64,000 bases of DNA from Yuukianura sp. NJ FZ-2021 (taxonomy: Eukaryota). Shown here in pieces: positions 1 to 13,900 of the stretch (position 1 is its first letter; each line of letters begins with the position of its first letter). The stretch lies in assembly GCA_046563655.1 (NCBI GenBank), contig CM102285.1, positions 12,958,001 to 13,022,000 of the forward strand, given 5' to 3'. Under the pieces are notes generated by a model. That model did not search any database. It was given only the letters and a program-made list of their open reading frames with translations, and was not told the origin of the DNA. A program made the position numbers and the translations under genes.

Positions 1-69
1 CGAAACTGGAAACACAACAAAAAATCAAGCCTGAAATTAGAAGTTCTGATTTTAAGGAATGCGACTTAC

Positions 70-346
70 CAAGTCGGTTTTCCAGTTTCTCGATTTTCGG
101 AGGATTTGAGCCATGCTGGTCGTCACTAGAGTCCAATTTTAGTTTCTTTTGTTGCGGGCCATCAGCGTCGCGGTTCTCCATGTCAGGGGCATCATGACCT
201 CGTCCGCTTCCGCTAACAACTTCGACATTGCCTCCAGCAGGTAAATTCGAAGAACCAGCATCAGCTAGTATCTGTCCCGACCCGGGGTTGTGAACTGGTT
301 CAGTTGCCATTGCCATGGACAACGGCTCTTCCTGTGACGAAGACAT
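70..346 (-). CDS. CYHR1: First coding exon of a probable cysteine/histidine-rich protein 1 (CYHR1/ZFTRAF1-like); gene continues off the left edge
   Basis: ATG at 346 opens MSSSQEEPLSMAMATEPVHNP...GPQQKKLKLDSSDDQHGSNPPKIEKLENRLG, followed by a GTAAGT donor at 69. The KKLK...KLE.RLG segment resembles the sequence preceding the RING-like region of CYHR1/CG32486 proteins. The diagnostic Cys-rich region is outside the window. Confidence 0.5.
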
Positions 347-1417
347 CGAGATCGACGAAATTCGGATTACCCGAAATTTTATTCCTAAAGTACGATAAAC
401 AATAGACTACTTTTTACCATTGGATTTGATTCGCTTTCACTGGGGCTTGACATGCTGTGTCCCATTCGTCAGCTGATGCTGATTCTTGACATACAAGCAA
501 AAGATACTTAACATTGTCTACTCTAATCTAAATAATCTAATTAATACCTCGTCAGCAGTGGATATCAATTACTTACGTGTTCCTTGTCAAGATAGAGGTT
601 TGAATTTGATGGATCAATGGATGGATCCTTGCGTCAAACTTGCAAAAACAGATAGTCTGCTGGTGCTCATAAAAAAGTACTTCAAGAATTTGTTTGTAAA
701 TAATCCCGTAACGTGTCCTTGCAGGTGCTGATCCTGACTACTCTATCAGAACGACTGAAGTATGCGATGAGAGATCATTGCACTCTCCAGCTGATGAATG
801 CAAAAACAGAGATGCAATGATTGACGCAAACTGCGTAGTAGTGATGGATGTTCAACTTTTTTTTTTGCATTGACAGGCACAGAGGGGGAGGACAACCAAT
901 CACATTAAAAAACACATTGAAATTTGAAAGCATATGGGTGGGTATTGAGGAAATGGGGGCGGTGGTGGGATATTCACAAACGTGCAGTCGCTAGATGGCA
1001 CGTCGAGCAGATTCCACAAGGCTCCCCGACGCTTACCTGATTCGGTAACAAGGCGACGGCCCCACCGGAACGGCAGCACGAAACCCACCACAAAACGAAA
1101 ACGAAACGCACGTAACTAAAGGAATGCGTTTTCTTTTTCTTTTTTTTTCAACTAAAAAAAGCACGTCATCAGCACGTTTTGCTGCTGTTGCAGTATAAAA
1201 ATGAGGTTCAATTTATGAAATGGAAATTCCCTTCATCCTTAAGGGTACACTTAGAAATTAGTAAAGTTAATCAATTAAATTACAATGCACTGAAGTTGTA
1301 TGGTTAAGCGTAGAGTAAAAGCAATGCTTGACATTTTTGTTCAGGTTTGAAGTTGTTGGATCTTGGACGGTGGAGGAGACCGACAACGGTGGCAAAGAGA
1401 GGCTGAATTTGAAGTTT

Positions 1418-2671
1418 TTAGTCCAAAACGTCCGGTATATTGGGGGATCCATGGCCACAGGCACCACTACTGTCATCCACTTGAAACTGCTCGTCGCCGC
1501 TACCGCGAGCTCCAAGTAAAGAATTGAGAGAACTACTAGAAGTAGAGCCTTCACTGCTACTCGACGAGCTGCGACGACGGTTGAACTGTTTCTTCTTCCG
1601 TTTCATCGGAATACTTCCAATTCCCATTATGTTGTCTATTGGAGCATCCAATACTGCTGCAATTCTGGCGTTAAGAGCGGCATCATTGAACATTGAAATC
1701 CGAGGAAGGTTGACGTTGTTGTCTCCGCTTCCGTCAGTTGGTACACCAGGAGCAGGACTCAGTGAAGTTGAACATTCGCCCTCTTCCATGGGGATTGGTG
1801 GCTGAGGTTTCCCCGTGAGAAATCGACCTTGAGCGCTAGCGAAGGCCAGCAACCTAGCATGTTCTCTAATGTAGGCAGTTCGATTATGTTGTTCCAGCAA
1901 CATTTGTCGTCCGGTCACGAATTCACCGCCACTGGAACGGGGTACTGGAACAATCGGATGGAAATTGCCAGTAACTCTTCCGATTCCTTGTTGAAGTAGA
2001 ACCACAGCTCGGTAAACTTCACTTTCGTCTTGGTAACCCAGTTTTGCTAACTCTTCGTCTACTCCGCAAGCCCCTGTAAAAATCACGTCAATAAATCCCA
2101 AGTCTTCATTACTAACAAACGACAAATTAACTAACCCTCGACATCCTGCGTTTGTGTCCAACATTCAAACGCCATGATGATACAGTACGCAATACGTTGT
2201 GCCTTTAGAAGCGTAGGAGTATTAGCCGGATCGCGGGTATCACTGATGTCATTCTTGAAACGATCCTTGACATCACTTTGATTTTGAGCCGTCAATCCGA
2301 TCCATTCTTGGTAAAGACGTTTCACCAAATCCGCTACAAAACATAACAAATAAGAAGAAGATCATCAATCAATCTGGCCAATTAACCCCGATTTTATGTC
2401 TTTATGTCTCACCATGAGGGATAAGGCAAATCAAGCGCTCTTTGCATTGCTGAGCTTCTTCGGTGTTCTCAAAATCCGGCATCTTCTGATTCAGAACGAC
2501 AGCATCAGGATCTTGGTCGTAATCCGGGGTAAGTTCTTCCGTTGAAGCATCATCGCTGTCGTGCATCCGTGTCGGTACCGATACTGAGTCCGCGGCTCCG
2601 GTACTGGTTTCTTCCTCCGCCGCTACCTCTTGGTCGTCCATTCGCCTTTTCTTAGCGAGGTGGTGAAGCAT
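1418..2671 (-). CDS. Uncharacterised 3-exon protein with basic NLS-like N-terminus and Ser-rich C-terminus
   Basis: Exons 2671-2413, 2333-2136 and 2073-1418 join in frame through phase-1 GT-AG introns, linking ORFs 2402..2674, 2131..2349 and 1418..2164. No domain recognised. Confidence 0.65.
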
Positions 2672-3135
2672 CAATGAGATCCAAAATGTTTAGCAAGTAG
2701 CAACATTCAATTTTAGTAAGTACACTTGGTATGAGACTGAACAGATTAATTGAAATAGACAAGACTTGAAAGTACAGTTAGGTAATAAAAGTTAGATGAT
2801 CAATTAGTTGTAATCCAAATTAGTAAACTAAAAATTGAAGAAGTGTCGGCAAAATATTAGAAAAAACAGAGTAAAAAAATCGAAATTTCCTGGAGCAGAT
2901 AAAATTGGAGTCTGCGCAATGCGTCTGTGATGCTTCTCTTATCATTGCAAAAAGCGCCTTCATCTCAGAATGTCCAATTTGCAAAGATTTGCAAATTCGC
3001 AAAAATGAATTTACATGAGTACGGACATTAGCAAACACGTTTTTAATTAGTAATTTGTTCAATTTGAATACAAGAGAGTACTTCTGCAAGTTTAATGTTG
3101 TTTTACATATGAGTTTACTTAAAATTTTATCCTTT

Positions 3136-4556
3136 TCATCCCGTAAAAAGTTTCCGATGTGTCTTTACACAAAACTCGTCTGTCTTGGCTTGTGTCCGCT
3201 GCATTGCTCCAGAAATTCCACTTGCAAGGTCATACATGGGTTGACCCGAAGGCTGAAAAGTTAAGATTAAAGACAAATTAGTTCCTAATTAACATATGTA
3301 GTAGCAGTAGGGGCACTAGCAATTCAATTTCTACAGTCTTACGTCTTCACTGTAGAGGAATTCTTCAATGATGCGACTTCGTTGAGGCTGACTTGTTGAA
3401 TCATCGGGTGTAGCCAAGCCTAGATAACGCCGTGCCATGGACATTGAGCTTCTGCGCAGGAGATGACCTAGGTCAAGTGCAGTTTCGGGCGTAAGTTCCA
3501 CTGATGTCTGTGACCGCCGCGGCGGTGGTACTTCCAGGACTGGCGTGTAGCCTTCACCGTCCCACTCCTCTTCATAGTAAACGGGTTTCACAAGGTCAAC
3601 TTCTTCTTCTTCTTCTTCGGCAGCATCTTCAAGTTTTTCAGAACCGGCACTGGACGCAGTTGACGTTGCACGAACTGCAGGTTCCGTTGGGCGTTTGTGC
3701 TTGAGGTAATGATCTTTATGATGGCCAAACAGGATTCCAGTTCTTTCGTAAATTTGAAACGGCTCGATCGGTGTGATCTTAGGTTTGGTCATGCGCGGAT
3801 TGAGGATATCTTCTGTGGAAAACTTCATTGCGTCGAGGCGTTTCATGATTCGGTTAACCCTGTAAGGATAAAACATGGATCAAGAGGTCAAAGATCAACT
3901 TTCAGGTCATCGTGTCTGACCTGTAGAGTGGATGACTCATGATTTCCTCCATGCCTTCGCTAGTTATAGGCTCAATTTCTCCCCGGATGACCAAATCTCT
4001 GTACCGTCGAAGTTCTTCGTCCTTCCGTCGCTTGTGATTTCGGCCAACGACTTTCTCTTCTTCTTCAGCGATCCGTTTGGACAACATGTTCAAGTACTTG
4101 TAATTTTTAATCCGAACGCGATCTGTTCCAGTGACGCGTTCCAGGCGCACCATGACCTTAGGAGTAGCATGGGGACTAAAAATACAAATTTGACCTTTGA
4201 CATTTTCAAAAAATTCAAAACTTTATGGTTGCTTGTGAACAGATTTTGACTTACTAGCTAACAACTTCCTTGTCGTAGGTGTCAATCGTAGGAAGTTTGA
4301 TTCTAATTTTGGTTGAAGTACTTTTTTTTCGGTGTTCCCACGGTTTGATTTTCTTGAACCGCTCGATTCCAGCTCCGCCGACGCTGGTTCTGGATCCATC
4401 TCGGCTCAGAAGCACAGACAACGTAAGCCGCGGTTCACCGTCGTCACCCAGAACTGGACCGCGGTCTCCAGCGAACTTGTACTCGTGAGCTGGAGCAGGC
4501 TCATTTCCAGCGGGAGGAGGAGGAGCAGCAGCAGCAGCTACATTATTGGCCGCCAT
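3136..4556 (-). CDS. Orphan family paralog A (4 exons)
   Basis: Exons 4556-4255, 4175-3921, 3859-3343 and 3252-3136 join in frame (phases 2, 2, 0). Shares KPW, PKV..RLER, HP..R, ERTGILFG.HK.HYL and QAKTDEFC...HR motifs with the gene at 30331-31935. Confidence 0.85.
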
Positions 4557-5098
4557 TTTTAAAAATCTAAGTAATTGTGAAATTAAAAATTCAAATCTTC
4601 AAAATCTTGTTTTCCCTCAAAATTCATCCAGAATGTTTCAGTTCCGTTGACAACATGGCTGAATCCCAAAAGTTTTCGTTGTCATGACGATGAGAACTTC
4701 GCCAGCAGCTTAAGGTTGTCATTTTTCCATTTTTGCCAAGCATTCCTTAACCCCAAAGCAAACTGACGCCTCCAATTTTTTGCAAGTTGGTTTCGGTCTG
4801 GGCCCATTTTTTCCTCAACCATCACACTGCAAAAAAATGCAAATAACATTTAATTAGCAAAAACAATTACTTTAATTAAGGGATTACTAATTCATGAGAG
4901 ATTTGTACTGGCTTAGGATATAACTTTTCATGCACTTACGCGTAAGGGGTTTAGGATTTACCCGGATGTCGGTTTTGCGGTAACAGCGCAGCACTACACA
5001 AACATTTAATGCTTCAGCTGCTAACAAGTAAAAAGTGCTTCCCCAAGTTCATAAAAATGCTGGCAAAAGTTTCCAGCAGTTCATTAACAGCTTCACCT

Positions 5099-5106
5099 TA
5101 TAAATA
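5099..5106 (+). promoter_or_regulatory. TATA box of the secreted prepropeptide gene
   Basis: TATAAATA followed by a short non-coding exon (donor CCAG/GTATAC near 5181) and an acceptor TTTCAG just before the ATG at 5286. Confidence 0.65.
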
Positions 5107-5285
5107 GAACCAACCAAAATCTAATTAGTAACAATCAATAGTTAAACCTTAACCAGTCAATTACTTCCAATTCCTCACCAGGTATACACTTCTGCCTGAA
5201 CATAATATATTATTACATATTAAAAAATGTTAAAATATATTAATATATTATGAACTTTAATGCATTTTCAACTTAACTTTTCAGG

Positions 5286-5672
5286 ATGAAGGTCACTCTG
5301 TTAGTTGTTTTGATCGGAGTGTCCATTTGTGTGACGAATGGCCTGTCTTGGGCCTACGATGACGAAGAAGAGCCAAACAAGAACATCGAAATTGCCGACG
5401 AAGATGAAGATGAAGACGACGAAAGCCAAGTGACGGATGATCTTGACGAGGAGAACGTCAGAAACGCTCGAAATATAAGATGGGGCGGTGGGGCCGAAGA
5501 CCGCCAGAAACGGCGGAGCAGGTACCGGGACGAACGTCGAAGTCGCTACAAAAGGCAAGATCGAGTCGAACGGCAAATGAAACCGAATCGGAACGGACTT
5601 CGTGTCGACCGACAGCTGAAACCGAAGAAATGTTTTAAATGTGATGCTGATGAAGTTGCTGTACAAAACTAA
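5286..5672 (+). CDS. Secreted prepropeptide: signal peptide, acidic pro-region, Arg/Lys-rich C-terminal part
   Basis: Hydrophobic N-terminus MKVTLLVVLIGVSICVTNG, a D/E tract, RNAR, KRR and RYKR basic sites, an upstream TATA box and AATAAA near 5743. Confidence 0.8.
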   Translation: MKVTLLVVLIGVSICVTNGLSWAYDDEEEPNKNIEIADEDEDEDDESQVTDDLDEENVRNARNIRWGGGAEDRQKRRSRYRDERRSRYKRQDRVERQMKPNRNGLRVDRQLKPKKCFKCDADEVAVQN

Positions 5673-7125
5673 AAAAAACACCGAACAAATACTTCCTAAT
5701 TAAAATAATCCTACAAATTTTTTCTTTAATTCCTAATTTTGAAATAAAATCTCAACTCAACCTCAATGCATCAGAATTACATTTACTTTATTCCAGTAAT
5801 TTATAACTAATTAACTCATTTCCTAACTTAAAATTATCCTCTAAAGCTAACTTCACACAGGCTAAATGTTTTTTCAATTAAAAACTTCTACAATTTCCAG
5901 TTCATCGAATACCATTTTTAGCCGCCATTTTCCTTGTCCATATTTACATCTCCCCGCCCACAAAAATCAATTATTCCCATCTTTTCCTTGTTTCAAAAAA
6001 TATCCTCCTAAGTTAATTAACTAATTAACAGGTAACAGTTTTTGGTTTAAGGTGTGTACCGTGTTTCTTTTGTAATTTTTCCATACTTTCCTTTGTACCT
6101 TCCTATTTCAGGACGACCGATTTCAGTACTATTTACAACCCACAATTCATTGAAAAATAAGGAAATCCAAAACAAAACAAGCTTTGTTCAAACAGAACGT
6201 AAGGACGATAGACAGCGAGTGAGGAAGTCGCAGTATCAGCTAGCTAGTGTTCAACGGTCATTGGAGCGAAAACAAAACGCGCGAATGCAATAAGCACAAT
6301 AGAAAAATGGCGCTTTTTGTTTTCGCACCCATGACTCAGAACCGTGTTCAATAACGTTTTAGCAACTACCAAAATCCTGCCTTGCTTAAGTAATGCTAAG
6401 TAACGTACCGTAAGGTAGTTAAGGACATACAAAGTGGAATGTTTCCTTAACTTTCTAATTTAGCTTTAGAAGTAAACTTAACATTTGTCAAGTTAATTAG
6501 CATTTAGGGAGCAAGGTTAAAGCTAAAACTTTGATTTTAGGGAATACTTTAACAGGGACCGTTGTTACTTAAAATTTTAACTCTAATTCGATAAACACTG
6601 ACAGTTTAATTAGCTTATTGCGGGACATAAACAATAAATCATTGTTGAAAACAATGGTTTTAATTAACTGCTAAACTGTCAATAATAAAAAATAAGTAAC
6701 CCACGTTTAAAAATATGGACGAAGAAAGAGAAGCTTGCAAGAAAAATGAGAGCGATTTGATCAATTGATTGTGTAATTTACAGATTTCGCGAAAGAGCTA
6801 AATAGTACTAACGACGATGTGTAAAAAAGCGTGAAATTAAAAAAAAATCACAAATTATGATTAAATATTAGCGGCTTATTTAAAGCAAAATCCTTTGCCC
6901 CTTTTCCACACAGTGTCACTCAACATTTCATTTTAAACTTAGCTTGTAAAGTTTTTGGCTAGTTTTGTTCTTAAGTGATGGGAAACATCTATGGAATTTT
7001 ACTTTTCCAGAGGAATTCAACTTCGAACCAAACACTATTATAAGAAAAAGTTGATCACTGGTTTTGATGCCGACATTTGATAACACTTACATGTGCATTC
7101 ATGATCAAACATTCCTTGCAATGTT

Positions 7126-10100
7126 TCAGGAATTTGCATTAAGGATTTCCTGAAGTTCCTTAATTAGATTCGACAATCCAAAAATGAATCCAGCATCTGC
7201 ACCGGTATGCGGTTTAGAATGGCCCAAATCCAATCCATTGTGTGTCGCATGAGCAAAGTCAATGAGTCGTACATCCACCGACTCCGCTGACAACGACGAC
7301 GTACTTGGAGTTGATCCGCGACTTGCGAAATTCGCTCGCGCAATTGCCGGCGTCATTCCACTCGTAGCTCCGCCTCCAGAAAGTCCTTCAGTTGACGTAC
7401 TGCTTAACTTGATCAAACTCTTCTCACCTAACGGTGAGAGAGGATCTTCTTGACTCTTGGCTTTGAGGAAGTTGTCAATGGATTTGGACAGTTTTGGAAA
7501 CGGAGTCGTACTGTTCGTATTGGCTGGACTCAGGGGAAGTTCTAGCGTGGAGCTGTCAAGGTTCGGTTCATTGTCTCCAGTAAGCTCAGGGTCCAGCCCT
7601 TCGTAGATCAGAAGGAGAGAGCTCGTATAAAAACGAAACGTGTCCAGACTCTGTATAACAGCTTTCAGTTCTAGCAATTTTTCGATTAGCGGGAACAAAG
7701 CGTCCGTTCTAAGTCGATCTCCATTGTGTAGAAATTCCATGAGACCTTCCCGGAATCCTTCAACTCCCAACTGCCTTCCGTGGTACTTGTTCCGACACTT
7801 GAATTTACCCGTAGTGGTTTGGTAGACCTAAAAATATACAACAAAAAAATCATAAAGTAAACCAATGCCAATAAAACATGTTCAAAAAGTTATAAAAAAG
7901 TGAAACTAAAAATGAAAGTTTGCAATCAACGAAGATTTTGGCACTCGCTGCGGACTTTTTGGAATTGGAGGTCATGCGTCACAAAATTTAGAAAGACACG
8001 GTTTAAAAAAAGCTCTTTGAAGCGCGAGTTTGAAAACTTGGAAATACAAATATGGCCAGTTTGGTTTAAAATTAAACAGACGCAATCGGTGGCTGAGTGC
8101 CAGGGCCAAAAATTTCATTCACTCCGAATCTAAACACTCCGTATTGTCATTCTCGGTTGACTCAAATTCTTTAAACTCGTGCCGTCCACCCTCGTTCCGT
8201 CAACCGTCGTGCCAAAATCTTGGTGACAATCAGCAATTATACGCGGTAAAAACAAAAAGAAGCGATTTTGAGTACTAAAAAAGTAGTAAAGATCAAGAGA
8301 CCTGCATTCCACACATTCGAACGCCCAGTTGAACAGATGTAGAAGCTGCTGCCTTGGCAGTCTGACTTTCAATTTTACTAGGAGTAGCATTATCTCCATA
8401 CTGGCGCGTACCCATTTTTAGATCTAGTACACACGGATACTCGAACCGCCATGTCAAATTCTCCAGTAGAACAAACTCTAAAAACAAAAACAAAACAAAA
8501 ACATCAAAATCTCCTATTTTATAGTGAAAATTTCCACAATTTCGAAACTTTTTCAGGAAGTTGTCTCACTTTGTGTTGTCTGCGTCTCCTTCTCTTTCGT
8601 ACTGTGTCCCCGCTTCTGCAGTTTGGACAATTGATCTCGGTGGCATTTGAGTACCCAGGGATTAGCTGGTGCCCGAACTTTAGATGAACCACCAGGACCA
8701 GCCTCTTCCTCAACAAAAAGTTCTTTCAGCTCACTTTCAATTTCAATCTCAATATTGCCGGAATTCTTGAGCCTAATCCGCCTATAATTCAAACAAAAAC
8801 AACATTGAATAAAAATATTTACATCAAAAGCCAATTCATTTCATGCAGTTTCCAGTGCAGTAGTTGTTCATTCTGTTCCTCGCAGCGTCACCTTGACCAT
8901 GACCTTAACCTGACCTTTGCAAAACTTCATATTTCTCAGTCACCATCAAATCTCAGTCTAGATTTAATTTGATTTTTCCTGCCTCATGTCCAATGATTCA
9001 TTGGCAATCAAATCCTGTTGGCACCTTTGATATTTTTCTTACTTTAATGCTAAAGCGCACTTTATACTTTTGTTTGCTCTTTCCAGCAGTACGTTAGCGC
9101 AATATTATTTCTGGCACTCGATTCCTTCCTTTGTTAAAGATTCGAACAATTAAGTTCACCCATGCTGGGAATGACGTCTTTCAAGACATACACATTAAAA
9201 GATCATTGTCAAGTGCCATCTCTATGATCCCGTTAAGTCTCGTGCTGATCTTCCATTAAACAGGACCAAACCAGACTGAGATTATGAGATCCACGGGTCA
9301 TGGCCAAGGTGACCTTAGCTAAGGTCAGAAATTACATAAACTTAATGTCACGGCCGCCTTAACGACGAGATATTCCATTCCTTACCTTCGTTTCGGCCGT
9401 TTCTTGGAAGGTTGAAATCGAAATGACTTTGGTGGATATGCTGCTACACGAATGTAACCATCTTGATCTTCTTCAAATCGAACCTGTAATTACAAAAAAC
9501 AAAAGAGAATGTGAAAATCCGCATTCCACACATCAAAATCTGCAGTCCACGCAAGAAAATCCGGGTTTCACAGATCAAGATCGCTGCGTTCCGCAAAATT
9601 CTCATCGGAGTTGTTCCAAATTTTTACTAAATGAATGAATTTAAATTGCGCTTCCCGTAATCATGTTGTTCAGAGATTGCTATTACTTGCGTAGAACGCA
9701 TTTGCGTCGTCATGTGTCATACTTTGTACTTTGTAACCAGGAAAAGAGATAATCATTCTTCGCTGGATGTATTCTAGCATTCTAATGTCACAATCAGCCA
9801 GGGATTACAAGTCAATTCCAGAATTGGGACACTAGAATCGCTTTTCCAGCGCAATGCGCAGCACTTTTAAACTTTAGTACTTTGGATTAGCAAAGTATGC
9901 GGATGTTATTTACTTAAGTAGTGGCGTGCTCTTTGTCCGTATTTTTATATTGTAAACAAAACATGTGGTACTTGACCGACTTTTAGTTCAGTAGATTCGG
10001 TAGTGGACTCATTCCATTTCCTACATTAAAGTTCTGCTCATGTCAAAAACATTCTAACAATTCAATTTCGTTGACATTTTGAGTTCAATGACCAAAAGGA

Positions 10101-10919
10101 AACACACGAGTCAATTCAAATACGTGACACTGCCATGCCTTTTCAAATGTTGTCAATTCTCAGAACTTTGCTCAAGAAAACTGTTTATGAAGATTAAGAT
10201 TTAATTGGCATCAGGCCAGCAGGGTTTAGCATGCATTGTTTTCGTATTGTTTACAATTTCAAAAAACATGGCAATGACCGTACTAATGTCGTCATTAAAA
10301 AACACGCAGCGTCGGCACTTTTGAAACCAAAGTGTCTCACTAATTCCCTGAAGTTGAGCAATCTACAAAAACTTAAAACAAAAACAAACATGCTTAGCTC
10401 AAAAACAAATTGAAAATGTTGAAAACTTACTTGAACAATTCCGCGATACTCTGGTGTAAATTTTTTCATAGAATAAGGAAGTGTTTCATAAAACTTGACC
10501 TCCTGTTTAATGAGTGGTTTACAGACAGTCCTTTCATCTAAACAAAGAATTGAGGAGTGCCCACCAACTTGATGGATGAATGGTTCCAGCTGGAATTACA
10601 AAACAAACACTTCAAGTTAAAACAGTTTAAATGTTTAAACACGTTCCTACACTAAGTTTAAGCAAAACTTAAGCCGAATCTGGGACACGAGCCATATGGG
10701 GTGACCAATTCTTGGCATAGACGCCATAGAATTACGCAACTCAACAGCAAAATCCCGCAGATACTCTGCTTAACTTCATCAACACTTCATCCATCACAAG
10801 TTGCCAAACTTTTTAACAAAACTTTTTTTTTTTTAAAAAAACTTTCTAAAATTTTTCAAAAATGTTACCTGTACTGGTTCACATTCTTGGAATTCATTGA
10901 GAACAGCTGCCATCGGCAT
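7126..10919 (-). CDS. IP6K: Inositol hexakisphosphate kinase
   Basis: Exons 10919-10869, 10589-10431, 9483-9386, 8781-8570, 8477-8302 and 7827-7126. Motifs [36 protein letters not shown] (PxxxDxKxG), [13 protein letters not shown] (SSLL) and VRLIDFAH. Confidence 0.95.
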
Positions 10920-13900
10920 CTACTCCTTGACTGATCACTTCTGCGCTCCCACGACGTTCACTCTCACTCTCCAAGGTTTCAACTGAGAACTGTAAGAAAA
11001 ACAGGAAAGGTCACAAAGGTCAACTTCACTCGTCGCTCTTAACTTTTCTAAATTTTAAACTCAATTCCCACTCTATGACTCTATTTTATACTCTACCTCT
11101 TCCTGTGCCTTCCTGTTAGTCACTAATTACTCGCTTAATTGACGTAGAGGACCAAGATAATAAAGTGTCATTCATTGATTCCAAAATTAAAATTGCTTTT
11201 GTTGCAAAATTGCTCAACTCATTGCCAAAATTGAGTCAACTTGATCAAAAAATCACGATTCAACACTTTTATAGTGTTGTCAATAGAGCGTAAATCAAAA
11301 ATTTTGATTGTTAGGTTAGGAAAATGAAACATAAAATGCAACTGAACTCTGTCACAGATTGACCACAAATGATGAGGATCCTACTGAAGTACATGGATTT
11401 TATGGCTCTAAAATTTCTAAGCTGCGCTGCTGCTGCTTTTCTTCTCAACCTGTCATCGCTTCCTTCTATAAACCCAAGAGCCACTTCATCCAAGATTCAA
11501 ACCACTTTAACTTAACTTCTGAGCTGCTCAGTGTTAAGATGACGTCGCTGATGTAAATTGGATTTAATAATAAATCAGCTATCAGAACTTAGTTACTGGA
11601 AAGTGGAACTACTCTTTCCTAACCTAATCTCGTAACAATAATACTGGTCATGTCAGACCAAAAATAAACAATTCCAGAATTCAGAAACGCAGTAAACCTA
11701 CCTGACACAATTCAATTAACTTTTTCCGCTTTTTGGCAACCGAATGTTACAAATTCTTTCTAAAAATAGTTAATTCAAGTTCCTGAATCAAAACTCAACT
11801 TACTTTCCTGCTCTTCTTGCGTCAGCCAAAACCTTTGCTGTCTAAAAACAAACAGTAGTCGATTGTCATATTTCCTGCCGTTTAAAAGCTATTATGGCTC
11901 ATCCTAAATATTTTTAGCTACACAATTAAACTCTAAACAATGGAAGTGGAAAAATACTTCCTAAACAGTTGGCCAAAGTGTCACAATCACAATTATTAAT
12001 CGAACGAACACACCATAAGTACTTAATAGGCGCCATGACCTGGACTTGAATCCGAAAAGTCATTAAGCCCAAGCTCCCAATACTGCGTAACAGCAGATCC
12101 TAAATTCTGGAAGGCACTGGTGTGATCTAGGACGTAAAAACAGAGCTTGACACCAAGATTAACTTAAGAATTTAAACCTGAAATAGATCATTTTCTAATT
12201 TCTAAGAATATCGAGTTTTTAGAGTTCATAAGGCCATTTGGACAATCAAAAACTTAAGATAAGTTTAGCAACTTGAGCTGCTTAAATTTTAAACCAGAGT
12301 TTTTTTTAGCATTTGAGTGGATTCATCCAGAATCTACTCGATTATAACTTTAACTCTACAAATCTTCCATATATTTTCCTTATGTGCTTTAAAAACTTAA
12401 GTACAATCTCCGCACCAAGAACAAGTTGTGGATCTTACGAAACAATAATGAAGAAAATAGCGATGATGATAGAATCGTCCAAGGTAGTTACAAACTTCCT
12501 TGTCAGCACTCACCATTATCACCTTCCTATGAACTCTAATGTTAAAAAAAATCTGAAAACAGGCACACTCCACTTATTTAACTTGTTTTTGAAGTATGAA
12601 GACGAGGATAACTTTTTCAAAAATATTGAACCTCAATAAAGTCAAAGCGGCCTATTCCTCTCTTTTTTCCGCAATTGACGAAAAAAATGTCGCGGTTTTG
12701 CTTTTCAGATTCGCTTTTAATTGAAAACTGCGTTCGCGTTCTAAATCCAACACTAAACTTTTAGAAGGAAACAAGCTTCAGCTTCTTTTGAAAATACAAG
12801 TTTGCTTAGCATTCGCCTTTTGACAGACCAAGTCACATCGCACAACTCCGAATCTACTAAACCGAAATTTAAAAATAACCATAGCATTTCTCATCTTTTG
12901 CTCCCGCGATCTTCCAACTCCTACTTCATCTCTCCGCTCGACTGGAAATACTATTGGAGGAGACGGTGCAGAAAATTTTCAAAAACCATTTTCGGTTAGA
13001 CGCCACTTGATGAAAAACTAATGGAAGATTTTCAAAATTCATGAAAATATTTTCGAGAAAGAGCTTGATCGGCGTCTTTCAAGGACAAACGAGCTTAATT
13101 CAATTCAGAGTCGTCGACCGACTGAAAATTGAGATTACATAAACAACGAGTGGCAATTTCCATTGTTCTTTTGGTTAGCAAAATTAAGTTTAAGTTAGGG
13201 CAGGAAGGAGTTCTGTGGTTAACTTTATGTTAGATTGGTAAGGTTGACCAAGTAAGAGCAATGGACGTGTGAAAACCCACTACACTTACCTCAAATAAAT
13301 TAAAATTTGCACAGAAATACAAACTTATGCAGTGCAAATCTTCATTGCTTCAACGGTTGAACCGGAATTGCAAATTGAATTTTGAGTTTATGCCAAAAGA
13401 AATTTTAGTAAATAGAAATAACTTCAGTGTTAAAAAGAAACGCTCCTCTGCTGTGATGATTGGCAAGTTACCAAAAACTGGCAAAAGTAAGAAAAGCTTT
13501 GACTTTGCAAAAACAGAAACCGTATGAAGCCAATACGCAAAAAAATTTCCAACGCACAAACGAAACCCTGCTGAGATAAATTAATCGGTCAGCTGATTTT
13601 GAAATTTCGATCCAGACTTTCTTTACAGATTTCCTTGGTTTGAGTAGCGGTAATGAACTACTTTTCGCTAGGCGTTATTACTGAAACGATGGAATGTTCA
13701 ACCATTTGTGAATGTCAATTTGCTTAAGTGTGACAACATTATTTCAAGGCTAAAGTTTTTTAGTTTCGCAATTCCCTCATTCCGTGACACCAGATTACCC
13801 TAGGTCCTCGTTGACATTTTGTGTTCTATAAAAGACATAAAAGGATGAGAAATTAAATTGCATGAACCACTTAAAATTTAAAAGCTTTCGCCTTGTAATG

